Assembly (NCBI GenBank): GCA_964016885.1
Contig: OZ024742.1
Coordinates: forward strand, 251,534,001 to 251,598,000
DNA length: 64,000 bases
Reading direction: 5' to 3'
Source: Eledone cirrhosa
Taxonomy: Eukaryota
A model generated the notes under the pieces. It did no database searches and was not told the origin of the DNA. It saw only the letters and a list, made by a program, of their open reading frames with translations. The translations under genes and the position numbers were made by a program. Shown here in pieces: positions 12,270 to 30,009 of this stretch; the stretch's first letter is position 1; every line of letters begins with the position of its first letter.

Positions 12270-13415
12270 ACAGGCTCTGTGAGCTGTGAAAAGCAGCTTG
12301 ACTAGCAGACCAGTCACTTTGAATAAATAAAACTACACAGGGTAGACATAAGCTCTGCAAGCCATTGTGGAGGCAACCTATCAAGAAGAGCACTTACTCC
12401 AAATAAATAAGACTACACAGGGCAAATGTGGGCTCCATAAGCCACAATGAATGTGATCTACCTAGAACAGTCACTCTAAATAAAAATTAATAGAGAGTGG
12501 AGAGAATTTTTGAATTTGGTCAGACAACCACTGTAGTGCTTGCTGGTAGCATGATGAATGCTCCCAGTCCACATAAAGTGGTTGGTGATAAGAAGGGTAT
12601 CCAACCAGTAAAACCCTGCCCAAATATGAAAATCCCAATATATAAGCTTGACACTAATTGTGATGTTAGTACTGTGCATAGTAGCAGGCTGGCTAATGTG
12701 TGTGAGAACCCCTTGACTGCCATCAAGTAATCACACACACCCTTTTTTGCTTCCAGGTACAAAGAACAACTGATAAAGGATATAAACACCATTGTCAGGA
12801 AACACATCTCTGGGCTGTTACTTTCAATGTGGGAGTCCTGAAAGGTAGATCTGGAGAAATAGTGGAGTTGCTTGAGCAGAAAAGTGTGGATATATGCTGT
12901 GTTCAAGAGATGGGATGGAGGAGTGTATCAACACAACTACTCACAGGCAAACAATGCAGATACAGGGTAGGAAATGACAATGGGTAGGTGGAGTAGGCAT
13001 TCTATTAGCTGAGAAGTTAATAGATATGGTAATTGTTAGAGTTAGTGACAGGATTATCAAGCTCAGAATAGCCATAGTTAATAGAAGGACAACAGTTATC
13101 TCTGCTTATGCACCACTTTCAGGATTGAGTAAAGAAGAAAAAGACCATTTCTATGAAGAATTTTTACAACCAACTACAATGACAGATAACAGGACCCTCA
13201 CCTAGCTGGTGACTTCAATGGACATGTTGGGCAGTACTACACCCAGGTACACGGTGGCTATGTTTATGGCTCAAGAAATGAAGAGGGAATGAGGCTCCTG
13301 GAATTCTGTGATGCAAATGAACTAACCATTTGCATCATTAATTTCAAGAAACCAGCCAGCCACCTGATCATCTACAAATCTGGTGAACACACAAGCCAGA
13401 TGGACTTTGTATCAA
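12270..13415 (+). mobile_element. RTE-clade LINE 5' UTR (tandem ~80-bp units) and APE endonuclease fragment
   Basis: VDICCVQE, GVGIL, ISAYAP, AGDFNGHVG, RLLEFCDANEL; 5' UTR units similar to 51750-51870. Confidence 0.8.
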
Positions 13416-13419
13416 CCGC

Positions 13420-13690
13420 TTATATGGGTGCTTCCTGTGACTGGAATAGGCTTACATCTCTGGCTATCATCCCCTCGGTTACCCTATACATCTTCTCCAT
13501 ACAAAGTGTTCCCCTTCCTGTTAGTCTACCTGTTATCCCACTACATCTCCTGTGTACCCAAAATTTACATTCTGTACATTGTATGGAGTTTATGCCTACT
13601 CCTCTTCTACATATTGAGCAGGGTCACTTCCCTGAAGGAATCAGGGTCCTGTCTTTTCTCCTACACACTAGCACTTTAGTTTTGGGTACG
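13420..13690 (-). mobile_element. RTE family B internal fragment (PHD-like finger region), inverted relative to the adjacent 5' piece
   Basis: Reverse translation matches PSGK.PCSMC.RGVG.NSIQCTECKFWVHRRCSGITGRL. Confidence 0.75.
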
Positions 13691-13729
13691 TTCATATATA
13701 TATACATATATATATGTATATATATATGA

Positions 13730-14820
13730 ACTTACAACACTATCGGTACAGTATATGGAAGGAATATATTAGGTTAACACTTGAAATAGCAGGAAGAGGG
13801 TCTTAACGTTTTGGACGCTAATCCTTCATCAGAAGAAAGAATGAGAAATTAGATAGATTGAAGGGACGGGTGGGGTGGAAGTGGAAAAAATGTCTTTAGA
13901 TAAAAATAACAGGTCCATTTATGTTGCCATTTCTTGGAAAGCTGTTGATGCTGGCGTTTTGTGTATAATATATTTTTGGGGAAAAGTGGATGATGGAGCG
14001 CGTCTACCTGAAATGGAATAAAAAACGTTTTGTATAAAGAGCTAAACTTGTGTGCGTGCGCATGTGTTGGTGTGTGTGTTATAATACGTCCATACGAAGT
14101 TAAGAGTTTATGTGAGTGTATATGTAAGTAAAAGAGTGTGTGTGTGCTCGTAAGTACGAAGCTATGAGCAAAAGTATGTTAATATGCGGGTGTGTGTGTA
14201 TATAGAGCTGTGAAGGGAAAAGTGGAGTATGCGTATTTTGTTGGTCTGTATTAGCTGTAAGAGTATATGTTTCTGACCATAAGACAGCCATAGGAATCAA
14301 GGGGGGAATGTACAAGCGCATGTGTGATAACGGACAGGATACTAAAGAAATTAGGGAAGGGAGTTAAGTCCATGAGGGAAACAGGACCCAAAGTGGTAAA
14401 TCAGACTCTGTTCAGTCCTGGTGTGTGAGGTCTCTGATCCGTTATGTAAAAGGACACCCAGGACTGAGACATGTAGGGAAGAGTGACCAGGAGAATGGAA
14501 ATGACAGGTGATGGGAGTATCCAAACTGAGTCATATGTCCCCCAAATGCTCAGCAAAACAGTCCGTCAAACGGCGTCCCATTTGTCTGATGTATAAGGAC
14601 TCGCAAAGGGAACACTGGTGGGCATAAACAACGTGGGTAGAAGTGCAAGTAAAGAAGTGACGGATATGGAATGACCCGTTAGGACCTGTGAGAGTGGTGA
14701 GGGTGGAAATGAAAGGTTAAGTGTTGCAGCGGGGACAAGAACAAGGATGAGAGCCGGGTGGAGTCGTAGGAGAGGACGAGAAGGAACTACATACCAGGAT
14801 GTCATGGAGGTTATGGGCAT
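13730..14820 (-). mobile_element. Penelope-like element 3' fragment: GIY-YIG endonuclease + 3' region with decayed hammerhead
   Basis: Minus strand SPYIRQMGRRL..FAEHL..HFHSPGHS..EQSLI..PHGLN; ctgatgaaggattagcgtccaaaacgttaa near 13803-13832. Confidence 0.8.
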
Positions 14821-15054
14821 GCTTAAATGCAGTAATAGATGGGATATATAAAAATTCTTTATATGATTTTGACAAGTGGAAAAAAAAGCTTTAAATCAAC
14901 CAAGAATATTCTTGCAATTTCAACCTAAAAACTCTATTTTGGGGTGCTCACTCATCAGTGTAAGCAAGAGAGATAACTCCTACAGCCATCACTAATTAAG
15001 CTTTTAAGACAAGGTAGTGGGAGTTGACCTTATATATAAGTCAACTTGGTGAAC

Positions 15055-15100
15055 ACAACAGACATGTTTTGATCTTATTAGATCTCCTCAGCTGAGCATA
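15055..15100 (-). ncRNA. Decayed hammerhead ribozyme motif
   Basis: CTGAGGA-gatc taataa gatc-AAAAC-at-GTC (G12 changed to A; stem I weak). Confidence 0.45.
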
Positions 15101-15237
15101 TTCATTTTGCAGTTTGGCCTAAAGTTTAGCTAATAAAGATATAGGAAAAGGAATGTGTGTTCGTGTGTAGGTCTGGGTGTGCACTTGTATGTGTGTGTGT
15201 ATGTCTGTTTGTGTGTGCACGAGTATGCCTATATATA

Positions 15238-15603
15238 GCAGTAGGCATCTCTAACAAAATACACCCCGTCCCACCACCCCCACCCCATCCACACCACCCC
15301 GTTCTATGTAAAGTTATGTTGGTGCCGCGCCATCCAGGCCGAAACAAATGAGATCGTGTAGGTGTCACGACAAAAAAACACACAGTCCACGCTGTAATGT
15401 GGCCGTGTAGGCAACACGGTAAAAACCTCCCAGACCCACACTGTAAATGTGGTTGGTGTTAGGAAGGGCATCCAACTGTAGAAAACCTGCCAGACAGTCC
15501 TATGCGAGCAAGACAATCACTCTTGCCTCAAGTGGGACTACCCCCGTCCAAACCCATGCAAGCGTGGAACACGGACGTTAAACGTTGATGATGATGATGA
15601 TGA
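15238..15603 (+). mobile_element. RTE family B 3' UTR fragment with (GAT)n tail
   Basis: Near-identical in reverse to 44170-44525; ends gatgatgatgat. Confidence 0.8.
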
Positions 15604-16344
15604 TAGCACTAACAGAGTGTTAAGCATATTAGGGGTGTATATGAATGCATATGCAATATGTTTATATACAATAAAGCTATGAGAGTTTCCCTATAAAAAA
15701 AAAATGTTTCATTATGAAAAAGTTGTTTTTTTCTTTTGCTCTGTGAACATGTCACTCATATGTCAGTAGCAGTCGCGAATGTCAGACAGCATTCTTTCAA
15801 GATTTATTAATCTCTCATCGGTGTATGAATGAATGTATGAATGTACGTATGTATGTGTGTGTATATACAAGGTTACATATAGTGGATATACAAATGAAAT
15901 CCAGATTAGGTTGTTTAAGACATAGCTTTTAAGAGTTTCCCAATTAAAGATAATGAAAAATCTATTAATTTTTCACAAGATTGAATCAATTGATTATAGA
16001 ACTACTTTCAATTCCATATGTATATCTTATAGTGTGAATATAGCTCTATTATGCAGCAGGTTAGTGTATGTGTATAACTTTATTATATAGCAAGTTACTA
16101 TTTGTATAGCTCAACTATATAGCAGTGAGTTTGTGTATATAGCTCTATTATATAGCATGATGGCATTAATAAAAGCTCACAGTACATAAACTCTTACAGA
16201 TAATTGATCTCAGGAAATCTGTCTTTTCTTTTCTATCTCTTAATAAAGCATTTTAAGGAAGGGCACTGAACTGATTATGTTTCTGTATATATATATATAT
16301 ATATATATACCCAACTATCCCATGCAAGTGTGGAAAAGTGCATA

Positions 16345-16424
16345 TATAGGTGGTTGGTACTAGTTCATATATATATATATATGTGTGTGTGTGTGGATAT
16401 AAAATTATTTTTATGAGATACACT

Positions 16425-16483
<59 letters not shown>

Positions 16484-16647
16484 AAGTGTATGTCATATAT
16501 ATATATATATATATATAGTGTAGGGTATTTCATAAAAAGTATTATATATCCACATACACACATATACATACACACAGACACACAGACACACACACATATA
16601 TATATAAAAACTCTACCACTAAGCCATGTACCTTCACTGTGTGTGTG
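16345..16647. repeat. Dispersed unit with internal inverted repeat around TA tracts; second copy at about 25860-26630, partial copy at 33375-33460
   Basis: gtggatataaaattatttttatgagatacactac versus gtagggtatttcataaaaagtattatatatccac; flanks shared with the second copy. Confidence 0.75.
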
Positions 16648-16890
<243 letters not shown>

Positions 16891-17384
16891 CAATAACAGA
16901 GATAGTTTAAAGCTAATCTCTGACTGGTAACCATCTCACTCAACAAACATTAGGTTATATTTTAATATAAACCCAATTTAAGTGTTTGGGGTGCTAACAA
17001 TATGTATTATGTGGAAAAGCCAGTTGTATTATTTTATGAGATATAATTAAAGTTAAAATATATCTCTCTTTCCAAACAATTGTTTCATTATAAGTTTTCT
17101 ACAAATTCGGAGAATATTTCCAGTTTATGTAGAAGCCTAATATACATTCATGTAAGAATATATTTAGGTGGGCGCTTATAAATCATCAGTGGAAGCCCAT
17201 TAAACTTTGATATAAGAAAAAAAATTTTCTTACCGTAGTTAAAAATCGTGTCTGTTAAGTTGCTCCTCCCGCATCGAGTGACCGGCAAATTTGAAATTCC
17301 AGCAGTTTTTGACTGAGGAAGTATTATAGCCTCACTAAGCGGGAAGGGGAGACAATCACGATCCACGAAAGGAGGAAAAAAAAT

Positions 17385-17761
17385 AATATACACGCGGGTT
17401 AAACAGTTTTTTCGAAAACATTATCAATCCACCGTGTTAAGAACTCAATTGAAATTTAAAAATAAATATATACGTGTATAAATTACACACGCATATCGAT
17501 ATTTTCTTAGGCTAAATCAGAGGTTGTACCTGAATAAGAAACCGCATCTCGTAACCGTAGTAAATACGGAAAGTTATGCTTTAAAGGGCAAATGGGAATG
17601 TAAATCTCCGGCCGAATTAAGAGTAAAATATAAAACACACGCGGGTTAATTAGTTATTTCAAAACTAATATCAATTCCTCGTGTAAAGAACTCAATTAAT
17701 TAAAAAAAATAAATGTATGCATGTAATTATATACATAGGCATATATATATTTTCTTAGGCT
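17385..17761. repeat. Diverged direct repeat (~130-bp copies about 245 bp apart)
   Basis: cacgcgggttaa..aagaactcaatt..attttcttaggct at 17385-17513 and 17630-17761. Confidence 0.7.
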
Positions 17762-17783
17762 GTATGTATATATATATATATAT

Positions 17784-17868
17784 ACAACATGACCCTCCCA
17801 AAGTATAACAATATCGGTTTCAACACACGATTTCAGATAAAGAATCTTGCTAAATAAATTCAGAAACG
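17784..17868 (+). mobile_element. 3'-terminal fragment of hammerhead mini-element family A, between TA tracts
   Basis: acaacatgaccctcccaaagtataac...aattcagaaacg, also at 25331-25416, 30960-31045 (rc) and 55797-55880. Confidence 0.8.
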
Positions 17869-17869
17869 A

Positions 17870-18100
<231 letters not shown>

Positions 18101-18537
18101 AGTTAAAAGAATAGAGGTGTAACACACAAGTTATTATATATTGGTAAACGGAATAGAAAATGCTGACAAATTGTTCACAGTTGAAAAATGGTTTAATTAG
18201 GAATAAAAGAGTATTAGTGATTGTATGGGTTAGTATTCAGTTGTGGTTTTAAGTTTTTAAGTTTTTACCGGTTGCGCATTTCTAAATGCTTTTCAAAAAT
18301 AATTTTGAGATAGAGTGTCCGTGCTGTTTGCTCAGATCAGAGCAAACAGCACGGACACTCTATTTCAAAATTATTTTTGAAAAGCATTTAGAAATGCGCA
18401 ACCGGTAAAAACTTAAAAACTTAAAACCACAACTGAATACTAACCCATACAATCACTAATACTCTTTTATTCCTAATTAAACCATTTTTCAACTGTGAAC
18501 AATTTGTCAGCATTTTCTATTCCGTTTACCAATATAT
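18101..18537. repeat. Near-perfect fold-back hairpin (~200-bp arms, centre near 18336) made of a PLE terminal segment, with a 35-bp one-sided extension
   Basis: ttggtaaacgg...gtgctgtttgctc agatca gagcaaacagcac...ccgtttaccaa; arm nearly identical to 20636-20840. Confidence 0.95.
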
Positions 18538-18610
18538 ATATATATATATATACATATATACATGTATATATATATATAAGATCAAAAGATGGTTAAAAGA
18601 GTTCCAAGTA

Positions 18611-18676
18611 TTTTATTATGCGCATTTCAAAAACAATATCATCATGGGATGATATCTGCGTTCTCATCAGATAAAA
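18611..18676 (-). ncRNA. Type I hammerhead ribozyme
   Basis: ttttat-CTGATGA-stem II (gatatcatc/gatgatatt)-GAAA-tg cg ca-TA-ataaaa; stem I 6 bp; AUA cleavage triplet. Confidence 0.8.
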
Positions 18677-19037
18677 TAGGGAGACATGATATGAAGCTTA
18701 AAAAACACTTGTGAGCAGTGAAGTTTTAAATCAACATATGAAAAATAAATTAAGATGGATGTATGAGATTGGGAAAAAAAGTGAGGGGCAGGGAGGTAAG
18801 GAAGAGGAAGAAATAAGAGTAAAGGATGGTGGGGGAGGAGTATAAGAAGGAAGGATGAGAGAGGAGGAGAGATGGGTGATAGAGAGAGAGAGATAGCCTT
18901 TACAACTGAGAAAAAATATTGTCTCACAGAGAGAAATTAAAAAGCCGTTGGAAGATAATAGATAATTTAAAAGATTTTTAAATTAAAAGTTAATTAGGTT
19001 TATGCTTTGTTGTGCTACAATAAAACTCACCTCCTAC

Positions 19038-19080
<43 letters not shown>

Positions 19081-19084
19081 ATTC

Positions 19085-20020
19085 ACAAGAATCAAAGCTA
19101 TTTTCAAAGCATTTATTAACTTACAATTGTTTCATCCCAACCTAGACTTGGAGTCTAGATGTAAATTCTCGCAACAGAAACAACCTACCCTATAAAATTG
19201 GATAAAAGAACACTGAGCCGCAATAAGCTAAAATAATTTAATTTAATGCATCAAACATCCAATACGGAATCATCGTTAATTATGTGATGGATGTATAAAC
19301 TATATATTACATTTCCTGAATGTGAAAATGGTGGTGGATACGAAAACCATAACTCTCTTTTGCTTCTCCTTTCTATTTCTATTTTTCTGCGCACATACTT
19401 TTTTATCATATACAAAAAATACCTTACCACTGCAACCTCCATAATACTCTTGCTTACCCACATAAAGTGCTTGTATTACATGTAACACCCTGCCACACAA
19501 TAATCATATATAAATGAGATACACATAACTAACGCATACAATAACTACTACATCTGACTAACAAACTATCCTCTTGCATTATCTATGTTAACTGCCGAAT
19601 GTATTTTAATTTTGTTGTAATTTTGATATTGATCTTGACTTTGAATTTGAATTGCTATACGGAAGTAATATAATATAATATATGTCACTCCACTGTACAT
19701 CAATATATACATATGTATATGTATGTCTCTTGCTTTGGAAAGGAGGTCAATCATGTGTACAAACATTGAAAAATGCTCCAAAGACTCCACGACTAGGTTT
19801 GGATGAAACAATTGTAAGTTAATAAATGCTTTGAACATAGCTTTGATTCATGTGAATCCTATATAACTGCTCTGTAGAACAACTGATGTTATTACATTGA
19901 GCTATTTATCTTACTGGTAATAAGGTAGTAATTAATTACTGACCTTCACTGTTTAGGGTTGAAAATATATATAACTATAAAAAGTTTTAGTATATACATA
20001 ACCATAAATAGCATCCTTAG

Positions 20021-20022
<2 letters not shown>
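19085..20022 (+). mobile_element. PLE 3' remnant with an inverted pLTR piece (19085-19145 versus 19793-19857); related to 45390-45680
   Basis: Inverted repeat; decayed hammerhead ccaaaga..gaaacaattgta near 19777-19817. Confidence 0.6.
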
Positions 20023-22942
<2,920 letters not shown>

Positions 22943-23024
22943 GTTATTCCGGGTTGAATCGGAGGTAACCACAGTAAGTAAGGTACTCAATACATAGCAG
23001 AGTATAACAGTTTTAATATAGATG

Positions 23025-23075
23025 AGATTCTACAGGACTAGAACTGTTTCATTCATTAGAAATCATCAGGAATCT
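23025..23075 (-). ncRNA. Type I hammerhead ribozyme (mirror copy of 24979-25029)
   Basis: Reverse complement of agattc-CTGATGA-tttctaatgaat-GAAACAG-ttctagtc-CTGTA-gaatct. Confidence 0.8.
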
Positions 23076-23785
23076 GGGTATCAAAAAATAAATATGGTAT
23101 TTATAGGTCTCTACAAGTGGTAGGAGAGGGTGGGGAGTGGGATGGGTGCAGGTCATTGGTTGATAGAAAAGGGAGTTCATTAAAAGCTAATTCTACAAAG
23201 CTATAGTTAATTTTTATTTTTATTTATATTTATTTATGTATTTAGAGTAACAAAGGCAGACAGAATTCTATAAACAGGTTCCGGATGGCACACCATTCCT
23301 TGTCAATAAGTTTCTCTTAAGCTACCAGATGTCTATAAAATCAGTGGGGGGTCAGTCATGCTCCATAGAATTAAAGAAAAGGGAGATTCTTTAAAAGCTA
23401 AAGTCATTAAGGTTCTACTAAGTGACAAAGGTCTAGAGAATTCTGCAGACAGATTCAAAATACTGAGTGCATATCTTACTATTATCTTCGAACTTCTCTT
23501 AAACTAATCAACAATATGCCAAAATCAACAGACACATTCACAAAAAAACAAAAAAACAAAAAAACAGAAAAACAAAAAAACACACATAAAAAACAAAAAA
23601 ACACACATACTCACTCACACACTTACGCGCAACCATAAACACACACACAAACACATATACACACATATATAAAAAAATATATAAATATATATAAATATAT
23701 ATTCATGTACACACACATACATACACACATACATACATACATACATATATAATACATATACACACATACATACACACATATATAC

Positions 23786-23923
<138 letters not shown>

Positions 23924-24067
23924 TTATTCAGGTTTGAGGTTCACCACTGTATAGAGCTGGTCTATTCCGTATGGTCAATCGTAATGCAATAATATAGAGA
24001 GTACTCAACGTAAAGCAGTTCAACCGTCTTTGTTTTTGTAGTTGGTGGTGCTATTACGGAGTTAAAT

Positions 24068-24177
24068 ATTATAATGAAATGACAGGAGGCTGGATTTGTG
24101 TAATAAACCTTTCAAGGATTTTGTGTAATAAACATTTCAAGGATTTACACAAATCCAGCCTCCTGTCATTTCATTAT

Positions 24178-24180
<3 letters not shown>
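24068..24180. repeat. Short hairpin (~35-bp arms) with an internal direct duplication
   Basis: ataatgaaatgacaggaggctggatttgtgta / tacacaaatccagcctcctgtcatttcattat. Confidence 0.9.
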
Positions 24181-24234
<54 letters not shown>

Positions 24235-24978
24235 TTATATATATATATATATGTATATATGTGTGTATGTATGTGTGTATATGTATTATATATGTATGTA
24301 TGTATGTATGTGTGTATGTATGTGTGTGTACATGAATATATATTTATATATATTTATATATTTTTTTATATATGTGTGTGTGTTTTTATGTGTGTATATG
24401 TGTTTGTGTGTGTGTTTATGGTTGCGCGTAAGTGTGTGAGTGAGTATGTGTGTTTTTTTGTTTTTTATGTGTGTTTTTTTGTTTTTCTGTTTTTTTGTTT
24501 TTTTGTTTTTTTGTGAATGTGTCTGTTGATTTTGGCATATTGTTGATTAGTTTAAGAGAAGTTCGAAGATAATAGTAAGATATGCACTCAGTATTTTGAA
24601 TCTGTCTGCAGAATTCTCTAGACCTTTGTCACTTAGTAGAACCTTAATGACTTTAGCTTTTAAAGAATCTCCCTTTTCTTTAATTCTATGGAGCATGACT
24701 GACCCCCCACTGATTTTATAGACATCTGTTAGCTTAAGAGAAACTTATTGACAAGGAATGGTATGCCATCCGGAACCTGTTTATAGAATTCTGTCTGCCT
24801 TTGTTACTCTAAAAACATAAATAAATATAAATAAAAATAAAAATTAACTATAGCTTTGTAGAATTAGCTTTTAATGAACTCCCTTTTCTATCAACCAATG
24901 ACCTGCACCCATCCCACTCCCCACCCTCTCCTACCACTTGTAGAGACCTATAAATACCATATTTATTTTTTGATACCC

Positions 24979-25029
24979 AGATTCCTGATGATTTCTAATG
25001 AATGAAACAGTTCTAGTCCTGTAGAATCT
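24979..25029 (+). ncRNA. Type I hammerhead ribozyme
   Basis: Stem I agattc/gaatct; CTGATGA at 24985; stem II ttc/gaa; GAAAC at 25004; stem III ACAG/CTGT; GUA triplet at 25021-25023. Confidence 0.82.
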
Positions 25030-25044
25030 CATCTATATTAAAAC

Positions 25045-25083
<39 letters not shown>

Positions 25084-25094
25084 ATGTATATGTA

Positions 25095-25416
25095 TACACA
25101 CAAAAACAAGATGGCGTAGGACAGAACAAAGGAGAGGCACAAAAACAAAGAAAGGAATACCCAGTCACTGAAGGGGTCACAGAATGTGTGACGAAAGAAC
25201 TTTGACAATATATAAACAATCATCTGGTTGTGGAACCAACCAACCAACCGGAAATTTATAAAATTCCTAAATTTATAAATTTATTATAATAAACTGAAAT
25301 GGAAGCACCTGGTGCGTGTGTTTCTTATTGACAACATGACCCTCCCAAAGTATAACAATATCGGTTTCAACACACGTTTTCAGATAAAGAATATTGCTAA
25401 ACAAATTCAGAAACGG
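25095..25416 (+). mobile_element. Hammerhead mini-element family A (~320 bp), TA-bounded
   Basis: gtca-CTGAAGG-ggtcacagaatgtgtgac-GAAA-gaac-tt-tgac minimal hammerhead (A9 mutated here); same terminus as the other A copies. Confidence 0.75.
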
Positions 25417-25417
25417 A

Positions 25418-25852
<435 letters not shown>

Positions 25853-25954
25853 CATGGATATATAGGTGGTTGGTACCAGTTCATATATATATATGTGTGT
25901 GTGCGGATATAAAATTATTTTTATGGGATACACTACAATATATATATATATATA

Positions 25955-26287
25955 TCATTTCATCATCATTTCATTTTACGTCCGCTTTTCCCTGCTTGCA
26001 AGGGTGGGACGGGAACTGATTCTGGCTTGATTTCTACAGCTGGATGCCCTTCCTAACACCAACCTCATTTACAGTGAGTGCTGGGTGCTTTTTTGCCGTG
26101 GCACCTCCACGACCACTTTGCAGTGGAATGATATGGACCCCAGTCCCTATCATCTCATTTCTACAGCTGAGTAAACTGGAGCAATATGAAATAAAGTGTC
26201 TTGCTCAAGTAAACAACACATCACCCGGTCTGAGAATTGAACTCACAACCTTTCGATTGCAAGGCCAATGCTCTAACCACTAAGCCA
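25955..26287 (-). mobile_element. SINE family 2
   Basis: tggcttagtggttagagcattggccttgcaatcgaaaggttgtgagttcaattc head; (GAT)n-like tail. Confidence 0.88.
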
Positions 26288-26306
26288 ATATATATATTGA
26301 AGTGTA

Positions 26307-26508
<202 letters not shown>

Positions 26509-26656
26509 TAGTGTATTTCATAAAAAGTATTATATATCCACATACACACAGACACACAGACACAGACACACACATATATATATATATAAGCTCTACCACT
26601 AAGCCATGTACCTTCACTGTGTGTGTGTGTATGTATATATATATATATATATATAT

Positions 26657-28587
26657 ATTGATTTTCGATGGACACTTTAACACGGACTCTACAGAATATT
26701 TTGATATCAAGTCTCATAAATACCCGCAAAGAGTAAAAGATATGACCGCTTTTCAACTAGACTTAGTTAATTTAATCAACTAAATCAAATTCCGTAAGTA
26801 CTCTAACCCTTTTCAATCTAAACTATCTAACGATATTTCAACATTTCAATCTTCTAAAAATAAGTTCATTTTCTCTGACAAAACTAAAAACTTATACGAA
26901 GTTAATAATAACTTACATGACCAACTCTTAACAGATAACATCACCTCCAAATACCAAATAGCTAATATAAACACCTATAATACTATAAATAAGAAAGCTA
27001 AAGAATTAGCTAGTTTTTTTTTAAATAGACAATAGAACAGAAAAACTTGTCAAACGAAATGCCTCTATCACCCTCAAAGATCACAAACCTGATTTTATTA
27101 ATCGTCCTAGTTGTAGATTAATCAACCCTGCTAAGACTGATATCGGTCTTGCTAGAAAAAAAATATTAAATAATATAAACAAACATATTAGAAGTAAGTC
27201 TGAATTATTCCAATGGATAAATAGCTCTTCCATAATACATTGGTTTAATAATATTAAAGATAAAAATTGACATTGTAGACTTCTACCCGTCAATTACTCA
27301 CCCTCTTTTAACGAAAGCCTTAAATTTCGCTAGAAAGTTTATCAATATTTCTGATATTGAAGAGAATGTCATTTTGCATGCTAGAAATACTTTACTATTT
27401 ACTAATAATGACACTTGGGTAAAAAAATATCTAACCCAGAGAACCCATTCGATGTCTCGATGGGTTCTTTTGACAGTGCTCACGTGTGTAATTTAGTCGG
27501 CCTATACCTCCTACAAACACTTAAAGAGAAATTCCCTAACCATACCTTTGGGCTTTATCGCGACGATGGTCTAATACTTTCCCATACCACTATAGGCCAT
27601 AACTTAGATAGATTAAGGAAAGACTTAATAAAAACCTTCGCTAGTTTTAATCTTAAAATTACCATTGACACTAACCTTTCTAATGTTAATTTTCTAGATA
27701 TAAACCTAGATCTGCCTACTGCTTCTTATAAACCGTACCATAAACCTAATAAAAATTTAAAATATATGAATAAAGGCTCTTGCCATCCTCCTATAGTTTT
27801 TAAAAATCTTATCCCTAATATTAGCCCTAGGATCTCCACCCTCTCTTCCTCAGAAGCTATTTTCAATAATAAAGCCCTTCAAAATAGCGGATTTAGCGAA
27901 CCGATTAAGTACATGCCCAACAATACTAACTTCTTTAAACATAATAATAGGAAAAGAAAAATAATCTGGTTCACCCCCCCCCCCTACTTTTTAGCAGTTA
28001 AAACTAATGAAGGCAAAAAATTCCTAGAGCTCTTAGATAAACATTTCCCTAGAACACATAGATACTATAAGATCTTCAATAGAAACTGTGTCAAAATCAG
28101 CTACTCTTGCGATCCCCCTATTAAATCTTATATCCTCAATAAGAAAATACTCAGAGAACATCGAAATTGCTCCTGTAGAGTCAAAAGTGAATGCCCATTA
28201 CAAGGCAAATGCAACACCAAAGCCATTGTATATGCGACTAAAGTGACAACCACCAGCAACAACCTACCAGCCACCAGCAAACGATATGTGGGTATGACAC
28301 AAGACAAATTCAAAACGCGTTATTACTCACATGTCGCATCTTTCCGACATCCTGAAAAAAGATTTACAACAGCTCTGGCTAGCAGAATATGGGATTTGAA
28401 AGACCAAGGTATCCAATATAAATTAGATTGGTCAATTTTGAACCAATCTAAAGAATATGCAAGAGGAGCAAGAAGATGCGCACTCTGCATAAGTGAAAAA
28501 TATTGGATTTTACAGAACCTTAAATCACCAAAAACCTGCCTAAATGCAAAAACAGAAATTTTCACCAGTTGCCCACACATGAAATAA
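26657..28587 (+). pseudogene. Penelope-like element ORF: RT + Cys-rich linker + GIY-YIG endonuclease (Nematis-like), 5' part frameshifted, last 390 codons open
   Basis: CRLINPAK, FDVSMGSFDSA, GLYRDDGL, VNFLDI, SCHPP, CSCR..CPLQGKC, IVY..YVGMT..FKTR..H..SF, CALCISEK, CPH. Confidence 0.92.
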
Positions 28588-29179
28588 CACTTGATTTCCA
28601 GCTCATATAAACTTAACTCACTTTCAGATACTTATCCTCCATAAACTCTTGTTCTTCACTTTCCTTAAATTACCCTCTTTACAGACTTCTCTTTCAGATT
28701 TACTTTTATTTTTAACTTTATTTTTACTTCACATCCACCAGTGACCCCCCCCCCTGCTTTTTGATTCACTTATCTTCACAATTTTACATATTTTACTTCC
28801 CCATTTTCTTTCACTACCTGATATCACATGTCATTTGCGTTTTCAACTCCAGATATATTCTGTTGTCTCTCAGCCGCTTTTATGTATGTTTACTTGCGTA
28901 TAATTTGTACTCATTTATTCATACGGCTGGTTTTTATATTGTATCTATGCGTGTGAGCGTGCATGTGTGTGTATGCGTGTTTGTATATGTATACGAATGC
29001 ATTCGTATGTGCGCGTGTGTGTGTATATGTGTGTGTATATCTATGTTTTTTACATACTTATATATATGTGTGTGTATATGTATATGTATATGTATATATA
29101 TATATGTATGTGTATGTATATGTGTATATATATATATATATATAGTCGCGTGCGTGCGTGTGATTAGATGTACATGTAC

Positions 29180-29310
<131 letters not shown>

Positions 29311-30009
29311 TCCTGTGTATGTATGCGCGCTTTTGTATATGTGTACGCATGTATGTGCTTTTGTCTGTACGTATTTATATATATATGTGTACGTACGAAT
29401 CTATGTATGTTTTCTATTTTTTCTAGTGTTACTTTATAATTGATAACCCCTCCCTCTCACTTTCTCTTTGATTTAATCTTTTTATTCTCATATATTTTAT
29501 CATTTTTATATATGCATCGACCTTCAGCCTGACACTGCTTTGACTGATACACTCCCTTCCCTGTATATATCACTCGCATGTATGTGGTTGCGCGTGTGTG
29601 TGTGTTTATACGCGTGCTTTCATACTTGTATGTGTATATATTTCAATCCTTAGTACCTGAGTCTGGATGTACGTTAACTCTATTATCTTACAATTTCTTT
29701 TTCAACATATATTATATACGTATTTGTGGTCACACATACACTGATATGCTTGTCCTCATATATGTACTTACGCACACATTTTTCACTATACACATACATT
29801 TGTACATACACACATATGTACATTACACACATTTATACACATACAAAAGCGCGCATGCATACACACATTTATACACATACCCTAACTATATTTCCTTATT
29901 TTATTTTTATATATCTCTTGCACTACTTTTATTTATATATTTTTTTTGCCCGTTAAACTTTTGCCGTTCTTGAGGAGATTTTTCAAATATTTCACTATGT
30001 TTTAAATTG

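Noticed and set aside
17110-17200. CTGATGA...GAAA on the minus strand (similar cases at 14890-14960, 47560-47680, 55095-55160, 11610-11725)
   Set aside because: Stem I and/or stem III could not be paired convincingly; at best decayed hammerheads.
18101-18537. Fold-backs interpreted as MITEs
   Set aside because: Arms are asymmetric with one-sided extensions, the turning points vary, and the sequence is shared with a GIY-YIG-bearing PLE terminus rather than transposon TIRs.
19945-19965. TTAGGG telomere-like word (also near 45600)
   Set aside because: Single occurrence inside a repeat family; no array.
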